DNA of 64,000 nucleotides, taken from NCBI GenBank assembly GCA_965216465.1, contig CBDCFW010000001.1, forward strand, positions 256,001-320,000. Direction: 5' to 3'. A program made the translations under genes and the position numbers. The notes under the pieces are model-generated. The model was given only the letters and a program-made list of their open reading frames with translations. It did not search any database and had not been told where the DNA came from. The stretch comes from Bacteroidia bacterium. GTDB taxonomy: Bacteria > Bacteroidota > Bacteroidia > NS11-12g > UBA9320. Positions 48,615 to 56,137 of this stretch are shown piece by piece (position 1 is the first letter of the stretch; every line of letters starts with the position of its first letter).

Positions 48615-50014
48615 AGAATAGAATAATACGAGGAAATCACTTGAAGAAATTTGGAATTACCAATCCAAAACAAATTAGCATGATTCTCGAAACCTTGCGC
48701 AAGCAGTACAAGCGTGAAAGCTTTAATGCTAAGCTTAGTCTGGTTCAGAAGGTTGTTTCTAATGCAAACGAATACATAAGTGATGACATTTGGGGAAGCT
48801 TGGCGTCACAACTTGTAACCACGGCACCTCAAGTGCCAGACACTTTGCAACTCCAAACGGCGAGACCTTATGCTGTTTTCGGTGAGGAGAATATTTCGGA
48901 AAATGCAAAACACCAAATGTATCAGGCAATGAAGCTACCTGTAACTGTTCAAGGGGCTTTAATGCCAGACTCTCACCATGGATATGGACTTCCAATTGGA
49001 GGAGTATTGGCAACAAAGAATGCAATTATACCCTATGCAGTTGGGGTTGACATTGGGTGCAGAATGTGCCTAAGTATCTTTAGAGATTCACCAACCGTTT
49101 TGGAGTCTCACGCCGATCAGTTTGAAAAGGTGTTACGAGAGCATACTAAGTTCGGTTTAAGAGAAACGCACGAGCGTCCTAACGATGCAGAAGTGCTACA
49201 TCGCAGTTTGTATCAAGAGATTCCAATGCTTAAGCAACTTCAAAAGCGTGCAGCAATGCAGCTTGGCACATCTGGAGCAGGAAATCACTTTGTAGAATTT
49301 GGTATTGTAACCATCAATGAAGATAGCAAAGAGCTTGATTTTAAAAAAGGACAATACCTGGCTCTGTTATCGCATTCAGGTTCACGAGGACTTGGTGCGA
49401 ACATTGCCAAACACTACACTAGACTTGCTAGCAACAATAGTCGTTTACCAAAAGGAGTTAGAAATCTAGCATGGCTTGATCTCAACTCTGAAGAAGGTAT
49501 GGAATATTGGCTCGCAATGAACCTAGCTGGAGATTATGCCTCTGCATGTCACCACGATATACATAATCGAATTGCGAAAGTTTTAAAACTTCAAGCGAAA
49601 ACAGTGGTTGAAAATCATCACAATTTTGCTTGGAAAGAGAAACTGGCAAATGGAGATGAAGTTATCGTGCATCGAAAAGGAGCAACGCCTGCAGGTGAAG
49701 GAGTGTTGGGTATTATACCTGGCAGCATGACAGCGCCTGGATACATTGTTAAAGGATTAGGAAATTCCGCGAGTATCAGTTCTGCAAGTCATGGTGCGGG
49801 CAGAACGATGAGCCGGGGTGCGGCCAAGCAAGGAATATCCAAAGATGCCATGAAAAAAGCATTGAAGCAACACAACGTTCGCCTTATTGGTGGTGGTGTC
49901 GACGAAGCACCTATGGCCTATAAGGACATAAACACAGTAATGAGCTATCAGCAAGATTTGGTTGAAATCTTAGGAAAATTCACTCCAAAGATTGTTCGAA
50001 TGGCTAGAGAATAA
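48611..50014 (+). CDS. rtcB: RtcB RNA 2',3'-cyclic-phosphate/5'-OH ligase with N-terminal extension
   Basis: MPD.H.GYGLPIGG, VGVDIGC, GNHF, HSGSRG, HHN, HRKGA, PGSM, SHGAGR, DEAPMAYK; metal ligands and the guanylated His are present. Confidence 0.95.
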   Translation: MKNRIIRGNHLKKFGITNPKQISMILETLRKQYKRESFNAKLSLVQKVVSNANEYISDDIWGSLASQLVTTAPQVPDTLQLQTARPYAVFGEENISENAKHQMYQAMKLPVTVQGALMPDSHHGYGLPIGGVLATKNAIIPYAVGVDIGCRMCLSIFRDSPTVLESHADQFEKVLREHTKFGLRETHERPNDAEVLHRSLYQEIPMLKQLQKRAAMQLGTSGAGNHFVEFGIVTINEDSKELDFKKGQYLALLSHSGSRGLGANIAKHYTRLASNNSRLPKGVRNLAWLDLNSEEGMEYWLAMNLAGDYASACHHDIHNRIAKVLKLQAKTVVENHHNFAWKEKLANGDEVIVHRKGATPAGEGVLGIIPGSMTAPGYIVKGLGNSASISSASHGAGRTMSRGAAKQGISKDAMKKALKQHNVRLIGGGVDEAPMAYKDINTVMSYQQDLVEILGKFTPKIVRMARE

Positions 50015-50017
50015 CCT

Positions 50018-50063
50018 GTCTAAGATTAAGTCTGAGCTATGTTCAATAGACTTAGTCTTAGAC
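50018..50063. repeat. 16-bp inverted repeat built from hexamer-like units between rtcB and the TPR gene
   Basis: GTCTAAGATTAAGTCT / AGACTTAGTCTTAGAC (one G-U pair), no U-tract. Confidence 0.7.
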
Positions 50064-50079
50064 TTAATTGAGACAAAAA

Positions 50080-50601
50080 ATGAGACCATATAATGAATCC
50101 CATATCGACCGATTGTACTTAAACGCACGTGATATGCTGAACGAAAATAAGGCACCTGAAAGCGTTGAAGTTCTAATCGAAATACTTTGCGAAGACCCAT
50201 GCTATGCTAGAGCGCACACCATGCTTGGTCATATCTATAGCAATATCTTAGTTAACCTAGAAAGAGCCGAAAAACACTATCTGCTTGCGCTTAAATATGC
50301 CAAAGGCTATCCTTATGTGGTAAGCGAATATGCTCGGCATTTATTGGATTGTAATAAGACCAGCGAGTTAATTTTATTCGTTGATGAGCACAGAAACCAA
50401 TTAGGTGTAGATCAAGCTCTATTGCACTTGCTAAAAGGTAACGCTTTAGAAATGAAGGGCCATTTGCACAAAGCAATTAAATGCTACAAGTTGGCCAAAA
50501 TAATAGGTCTTAATATAGATTTCGTAAGAAACGTTGACCATCACATGGACCGTGTAAAAATGAAAATGAGTCGTTTAGCTTGGGCTTATGCAATGTTTTA
50601 G
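50080..50601 (+). CDS. Small TPR-repeat protein; probable start ATG 50080
   Basis: Helical repeats: DP.YARAH.MLG.IY, AEKHY..AL, L.GNALE..G...AIKCY..A. Confidence 0.75.
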   Translation: MRPYNESHIDRLYLNARDMLNENKAPESVEVLIEILCEDPCYARAHTMLGHIYSNILVNLERAEKHYLLALKYAKGYPYVVSEYARHLLDCNKTSELILFVDEHRNQLGVDQALLHLLKGNALEMKGHLHKAIKCYKLAKIIGLNIDFVRNVDHHMDRVKMKMSRLAWAYAMF

Positions 50602-50627
50602 AATTCTCCCTCCTCGGAGGGGGAATT
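50602..50627. terminator. GC-rich hairpin between the convergent TPR gene and trmD (terminator or REP-like)
   Basis: AATTCTCCCTCC / GGAGGGGGAATT inverted repeat. Confidence 0.6.
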
Positions 50628-51310
50628 TATTCTTCATCCAGTAAGTCTGGACGTCTTTCTTGCGTTAACTTTAAAGCTTGTTCGTACCTCCAAGCATCAA
50701 TGTTTGCAAAATGACCGCTGAGCAGGATATCGGGCACCTTCCATCCTTTAAATTCTGCTGGTCTCGTATAAACTGGAGGAGCAAGTAAATCATCTTGAAA
50801 ACTATCCGTAAGTGCAGATTCTTCGTCCGATATTACCCCCGGAATAAGTCTGCATATTGCATCTGTCACGGCTACTGCAGCAATTTCACCTCCACTCAAA
50901 ACATAGCTTCCAATGGAAATTTCTTTTGTGATTAGATGATCGCGAATTCGTTGATCAATGCCTTTGTAATGTCCGCAAAGAATAATAATATTCTTCTTTA
51001 ACGAGAGCTGATTTGCCGTTTTCTGATCGAACAGTTCTCCATCCGGACACATGTAAATTATTTCATCGTAATCTCGCTCTTTTTGTAAGGCTTCAATACA
51101 GGCGAAAACAGGTTCACAGCGAATGACCATGCCGGCTCCTCCCCCATAAACAGTATCGTCGACCTGCTTATAATTTCCTAAACCATAGTCTTTGAGATTG
51201 TGTAATACGATTTCTACAATGCCTTTGTCCTTGGCCCGCTGAACTATGCTGTGATTCAAAGGGCTTTCCATCAATTGAGGCTGAACAGATATGATGTCTA
51301 TGCGGTGCAT
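50627..51310 (-). CDS. trmD: tRNA (guanine37-N1)-methyltransferase
   Basis: [44 protein letters not shown]. Confidence 0.96.
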   Translation of the reverse strand: MHRIDIISVQPQLMESPLNHSIVQRAKDKGIVEIVLHNLKDYGLGNYKQVDDTVYGGGAGMVIRCEPVFACIEALQKERDYDEIIYMCPDGELFDQKTANQLSLKKNIIILCGHYKGIDQRIRDHLITKEISIGSYVLSGGEIAAVAVTDAICRLIPGVISDEESALTDSFQDDLLAPPVYTRPAEFKGWKVPDILLSGHFANIDAWRYEQALKLTQERRPDLLDEE

Positions 51311-51810
51311 TAAATATCGAGTAATCCGTTTGGTAAGTTAAGCCAAATTTCTTGATTCTCGGCAGAAATGTAGTCGATAAAGTCCTCAACTAAGGGAATC
51401 AAGCATTCTTTGTTCTGGTAGTCTACCACCAAAATAATCTGTTGAGGTAGTTCCTGTACATCCTTAACTATTCCGATTGTACCTAAGTGTTTATCTACAA
51501 GTTCAAACCCTAAGAAGCTAATCTCAGACTCTTCTTCTTGAACCTTTGCAAGATCTAGGAAAATTGAATTTCGAACCAACTCCTGGGCTTCATCAAATGT
51601 AGTCACAAATTCGAGGTTTAAAACCGGTTCATTAGGTTTTCCTTTCATTGCAAGAATTTTGAAAGGAATAAATTGACCTTCAATTTGAACAAAAATAAAG
51701 TCGCCCTGATCAAGAGCGACTTTTTTATTAAGTGTTATTTGAATTTCTCCTTTAAAACTATGTGGACGACTAATGTGTCCGATATTTACCAAGTCATCCT
51801 TGGAAATCAT
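51310..51810 (-). CDS. rimM: 16S rRNA processing protein RimM; start ATG 51810
   Basis: [16 protein letters not shown] barrel with LIPLV, LPNGLL; conserved rpsP-rimM-trmD order. Confidence 0.9.
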   Translation of the reverse strand: MISKDDLVNIGHISRPHSFKGEIQITLNKKVALDQGDFIFVQIEGQFIPFKILAMKGKPNEPVLNLEFVTTFDEAQELVRNSIFLDLAKVQEEESEISFLGFELVDKHLGTIGIVKDVQELPQQIILVVDYQNKECLIPLVEDFIDYISAENQEIWLNLPNGLLDI

Positions 51811-51814
51811 AATT

Positions 51815-52447
51815 TTAAGCTTGTTCTTCTTCTGCTGGTGCTTCTGGAGCTGCTTCTTCAGTAGCTTCTTCAGCAACCGTTTCTTGAGCAGCAGTTTCCT
51901 CAGCAACTGCTTCTACTTCAGGAGCTGCATCTTCAGCTGGTGCTTCAGCAACTTCTCCTTCTGCAGTTTCAGCTTCTTCTTCAGTAACTTCAGGAGCATT
52001 CTTTTCAGCAATTGCTTTTTCAATAGCTTGTCTCTTCTCAACCTCTTTCTGGTGAGCAGCAGCTTGAGCATCAGCTTCAGCTTGAGATAAACCATCTTTT
52101 TTCGCTTGAATTCTACCTTCTTTTTCCTCTAACCATGCAGCAAATTTTGCATCTGCTTGATCTTGAGTTAACGCACCTTTTGCAACACCTTTGTTTAAGT
52201 GATGCTTGTGCATTGCTCCTTTATAAGATAAAATAGCTCTGCAAGTGTTTGTTGGAATTGCTCCGTTTCCTAACCAACGAACTGCGTCTTCTAAGTTAAG
52301 ATCAATTGTTGCAGGATTGGTATTCGGATTATACGAACCAATTCTTTCAATAAATCGACCATCCCTAGGAGCACGCTCATCCGCCGCTACGATGTAGTAA
52401 AAAGGCTTCCTTTTTCTACCGTGTCTTTGTAATCTAATCTTTACCAT
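51815..52447 (-). CDS. rpsP: 30S ribosomal protein S16 with long acidic C-terminal tail; start ATG 52447
   Basis: [39 protein letters not shown]. Confidence 0.96.
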   Translation of the reverse strand: MVKIRLQRHGRKRKPFYYIVAADERAPRDGRFIERIGSYNPNTNPATIDLNLEDAVRWLGNGAIPTNTCRAILSYKGAMHKHHLNKGVAKGALTQDQADAKFAAWLEEKEGRIQAKKDGLSQAEADAQAAAHQKEVEKRQAIEKAIAEKNAPEVTEEEAETAEGEVAEAPAEDAAPEVEAVAEETAAQETVAEEATEEAAPEAPAEEEQA

Positions 52448-52497
52448 TTCTGTTTTCTTTAAAAACTCTGTTAGGCCTCCCAACTCTAACAGGGCTG

Positions 52498-52527
52498 CAA
52501 AAGTCGTTATTTTAATGAAATTTGCAA
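52498..52527 (-). promoter_or_regulatory. Promoter of rpsP-rimM-trmD (TTG-N19-GACTTTTG)
   Basis: Canonical spacing, one mismatch in the -7 box. Confidence 0.6.
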
Positions 52528-52580
52528 CACTTTAACCTGTTTTTATTAATTGGCTCTAAGAATAGGATTTTAACCAACCG

Positions 52581-55493
52581 CTAACCAGCATCCGATTTAA
52601 GACAAACATGGAAACTAACAATGGTACCTGATTCTTTCGGATTGAGCTTGCTACGGTCTCTTAAAAGCAACTCGCTGCTTACTTCTGAGTTTTGATTTAT
52701 AAGCTTTAAGTGCTCTCGTATTAGCTGCAATCCTTTCGACTTATGAACGCTATTTTCTGTCGCACTTCCTATGCCTATTCCGTTATCTATTACCTCAACG
52801 TCTAAACACCTAAAGTTACTGCTATAATTGATATGTATACTTATGCTGCCAGGCCCTTGCATTGCATTAAAAGCATGTTTAATACTATTTTCAACTATGG
52901 GCTGAATCAAGTGTGGTGGAATTTCAACCTCTTCTTCAAGCAGTGCATCGTCACAAATAATTTCGTAAGTAAATTTTTCAGGAAACCTCAATTTTTCCAA
53001 CTCAAGGTATTCTTTTAAATATTCAATTTCCTCTTCTAACGTTATTCTTTTGAGGTCAGAATAATTTAGGCCCTTCCTCAATAAGCTTGAGAACATGGCG
53101 ATATATGTGTTTGCTTCTTCCTTTTTATCTTCAAAAAACAAGTGCTGTATTGAGTTGAGTGCATTGTATATGAAGTGAGGATTAACCTGTGATTTGAACA
53201 TCCCTAACTTCGCATTTGTCGCTTGAATGCTTGCCTCCTGTGCCAGGATAGTTTTCTCGTTAATTAGTTTTTGAACATTCAGTTCACGTATTTTCAATTG
53301 GGCTTTTCTGCGCACATAAGCCCAAATGAATGAAGCTAAAATCAATCCAATGAGAGTAATAAACCACAATTTCTGTGTAAAATGTTTTTCAACTACAAAC
53401 TCTATCAACTCTGGCTTACTCCAAATATTGGCACTGTTCCTTGCCTTTACTTCAAAGCGGTAACTTCCGTTCGACAAATTAATGAATTGAGCAAAACGGT
53501 CACCAGTGAAATAGGAAAGTAGCAATCTACCATTATGGTATAGTGAAACTGCATACATTTTATCTTTAAAGGGTTCAAAATTGGTGAGGCCGCTGAACTC
53601 AATTCTTACATTATTTCTATTATTGCTTAACGAAGTTCCAGACTTAAAGGAAACCATGTCTCCTAACACAATAGCCTGATTTAGTGCAACTTTCGGACGA
53701 ACATGAGTTCTAAATGCTCGAGATAAAGGAAAGATATTTATTCCATCCTCACCCGCAACATGTAAAGAATCGTTATAAAGAAGTGCATCTATTACTTCCG
53801 TATTAATTAACCCATTCGATGAATTAAAAACATTTTGAATACTAAGTGTATTACTGTCCTTATCAAAATTACATACTACAACGCCCTTGCTAGTAGATAA
53901 GACAACAACATCTTGATAAACCGAAACGTTGTTTACTTTTCTAAAAGGAAACTTTTCTTCATCAAAAAAAGACCGCACATCTGAAGTGCTCAAGTTAAAA
54001 TTTAGAAGTCCATTATCGATAGTTGACACCCATAATACTTCTCCATCTACCATCATCTCCGATACCCTAATGCTATCCTTGATTATTTGTGGAGGTCCAA
54101 AATGTATGAAAGTATCTTCTATTGCATAATCGACAAAGTACAAGTCACGAGGAGAGGCCACGTAGACCCGGTTATCGACCACTGTCGTGCGTGTCCCTAA
54201 AAGTGCTAAACCGTTCCAAAATACAGGAGTTAATTGCTTCCGATTTTTGAACACTGCTCGTAGATGTCGATCTATTTGAATTTCCTCATCCAAATCATTA
54301 GTCATTGCTGTAATACTCTCTGTATCAAAATAGTTATTGACTAGTTCCAAGCTCTTGTAATTAATTACCTTGTTGTTTCTCAGAAATATGTTTTGATTAT
54401 CGTTATAGATTCTATAATGATAATCATCCATAAAGTAATCAACTTTGAGAGCATCGTCTTCGATATGAGATAAAGCTCCAATTTGCATGGCATATACCTT
54501 ATCGTCTAAGACTTTCAAATCGGTAATGAGGTCATCGTAATTATAAATTACTGTTCCCTGTTGTTCTATAAGTTTCGTTACACCTCTGTTATGGAGACTT
54601 AGCCAGGCAACCCCCTCATAATCAATGCAGACATCAGTGACCAATACTCCAGGATATAATATTTTATCAATGCTTGTGAAAGAATCGTTGAGGACCATAA
54701 CGCCCATATCGGTACACAACCAATTTTCACCATAAACTTTTGCATAGCGAACATAGAGTGAGGTTACTTCGAGCTCAAATAGTGTATCTCTTTGCTTATT
54801 GTAAATGTATACCTGCTTTCCAGCCGCAAAAGCAAAATGATTCTCGCTCATCTTCTCTGCATATTCAATTTGTAACTTGTCGAACAGCAGATGATCCCCT
54901 AAATGCCTGTAAGAAGGATCATTTGTAATAGGCGGACGACGTGGTGTAAAAAACGCTTTGTCTTCGTCAATAAAGAGTTGGGAAGACTTAATATTTTCAT
55001 CTTTTACCACAACCAGCACCGTATCCTTCACTTCTAGTTGCTTATAAAATCGATAAGTTGTAGTTAACTTTAATCTATTATCCTCATCAAAACTGTAGGT
55101 ATTAATTCTCTTCCCTTTTAAAAAGTTTTGAAATTTACAAGCCTTAAATCGGTCTTCGCTTTTTGAGTAAACATATAAGCCATCGTCATAACAATTTACA
55201 TAAAGCACACCATTTTGATCGAATTCCATATCTACCACAAGCAGATTTCCTAGACCTTCATTTAGTCCATAGGTTTTAAACTCATGGTAGTTGTAACGAA
55301 CCACGCCTCGATCGGTTCCTAGCCACAAGAAACCTTCGTTGTCTTGAACTACATTGTATATCTCGTTACTTGGAAGTCCTTGCTTTACGGTAAAATTCAC
55401 ATCAGCATAACCTTCAACATCTTGAGCATGAGCTATTTCACAAAGCGAACCAATAGCAATCAAAAATAATAACAGGTAAATTCTAGCGGTCAT
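52581..55493 (-). CDS. LytS-type sensor histidine kinase with periplasmic beta-propeller/Y_Y_Y region
   Basis: GLPSN..Y...QD.EGFLWLGTD.G propeller repeats; L..GSYRFEVKA; TM helix; SQVNPHFIYNALN H-box; QPIVENSIKH; DNGIG; TATGTTTG box at 55507-55514. Confidence 0.87.
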   Translation of the reverse strand: MTARIYLLLFLIAIGSLCEIAHAQDVEGYADVNFTVKQGLPSNEIYNVVQDNEGFLWLGTDRGVVRYNYHEFKTYGLNEGLGNLLVVDMEFDQNGVLYVNCYDDGLYVYSKSEDRFKACKFQNFLKGKRINTYSFDEDNRLKLTTTYRFYKQLEVKDTVLVVVKDENIKSSQLFIDEDKAFFTPRRPPITNDPSYRHLGDHLLFDKLQIEYAEKMSENHFAFAAGKQVYIYNKQRDTLFELEVTSLYVRYAKVYGENWLCTDMGVMVLNDSFTSIDKILYPGVLVTDVCIDYEGVAWLSLHNRGVTKLIEQQGTVIYNYDDLITDLKVLDDKVYAMQIGALSHIEDDALKVDYFMDDYHYRIYNDNQNIFLRNNKVINYKSLELVNNYFDTESITAMTNDLDEEIQIDRHLRAVFKNRKQLTPVFWNGLALLGTRTTVVDNRVYVASPRDLYFVDYAIEDTFIHFGPPQIIKDSIRVSEMMVDGEVLWVSTIDNGLLNFNLSTSDVRSFFDEEKFPFRKVNNVSVYQDVVVLSTSKGVVVCNFDKDSNTLSIQNVFNSSNGLINTEVIDALLYNDSLHVAGEDGINIFPLSRAFRTHVRPKVALNQAIVLGDMVSFKSGTSLSNNRNNVRIEFSGLTNFEPFKDKMYAVSLYHNGRLLLSYFTGDRFAQFINLSNGSYRFEVKARNSANIWSKPELIEFVVEKHFTQKLWFITLIGLILASFIWAYVRRKAQLKIRELNVQKLINEKTILAQEASIQATNAKLGMFKSQVNPHFIYNALNSIQHLFFEDKKEEANTYIAMFSSLLRKGLNYSDLKRITLEEEIEYLKEYLELEKLRFPEKFTYEIICDDALLEEEVEIPPHLIQPIVENSIKHAFNAMQGPGSISIHINYSSNFRCLDVEVIDNGIGIGSATENSVHKSKGLQLIREHLKLINQNSEVSSELLLRDRSKLNPKESGTIVSFHVCLKSDAG

Positions 55494-55541
55494 AGCCAAC
55501 ACCGTTCAAACATACGAAATCTAGGAAGAATGAGAAACGAC

Positions 55542-56087
55542 CTAATCCAGCAATTTTCGAACTTTATCTGCATTCCAATCTGCAGCACCAATTTTCTTAA
55601 TCACAATATTACCTTCCTCAGAGATCAAGAATGTAGTAGGCAGGCTTCGAGATTGCAAAAGGGTTGGAGTAGTCGAAACTGCCTGATAAACAGGCAAGGT
55701 GTAGTTTCCTTTTTCGATGAATTTATTCACCGCATCGTGATCATCATTGGTAACGAATAAGAAAACTGCTTTGTCTGAATAATCGTTATACAGTTGCTGC
55801 ATACTTGGCATCTCTGCCACACATGGAGGGCACCATGTGGCCCAGAAATTTATTAGTATCTTCTTCCCTTTAAAATCAGAAAAATTAACCTGATTTCCTG
55901 CTTGATCTCTTAATTTCCAATTGTAATCACTTAAAACATCTTGGTCATCCTCCGAGGTTGTACCTGGTGCAAAAGCAAATACTCGGTTAATAAACACCTT
56001 AACGGGCATGCGTGTTTGAGGAAAAACCATTAATCCTAAAAAAATCAACAAAAGGATGTTAGACCAGTGCTTCTTGATAAAATTCAT
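55542..56087 (-). CDS. TlpA-family thiol-disulfide oxidoreductase
   Basis: N-terminal membrane anchor; INFWATWCPPCVAEMP; LPTT cis-Pro motif. Confidence 0.92.
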   Translation of the reverse strand: MNFIKKHWSNILLLIFLGLMVFPQTRMPVKVFINRVFAFAPGTTSEDDQDVLSDYNWKLRDQAGNQVNFSDFKGKKILINFWATWCPPCVAEMPSMQQLYNDYSDKAVFLFVTNDDHDAVNKFIEKGNYTLPVYQAVSTTPTLLQSRSLPTTFLISEEGNIVIKKIGAADWNADKVRKLLD

Positions 56088-56137
56088 CTGCAAATGTTAA
56101 TTAATTAATTCCTAGTTAAATTAACACAGGTTACACA

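Noticed and set aside
51815-52100. Low-complexity Ala/Glu repeats suggesting a tandem repeat or overlapping Lys/Leu-rich gene
   Set aside because: This is the acidic C-terminal tail typical of Bacteroidota S16; the alternative-frame ORFs are by-products
56094-56127. AT-only imperfect palindrome between the outer-membrane protein gene and tlpA
   Set aside because: Almost entirely A/T and low in information content
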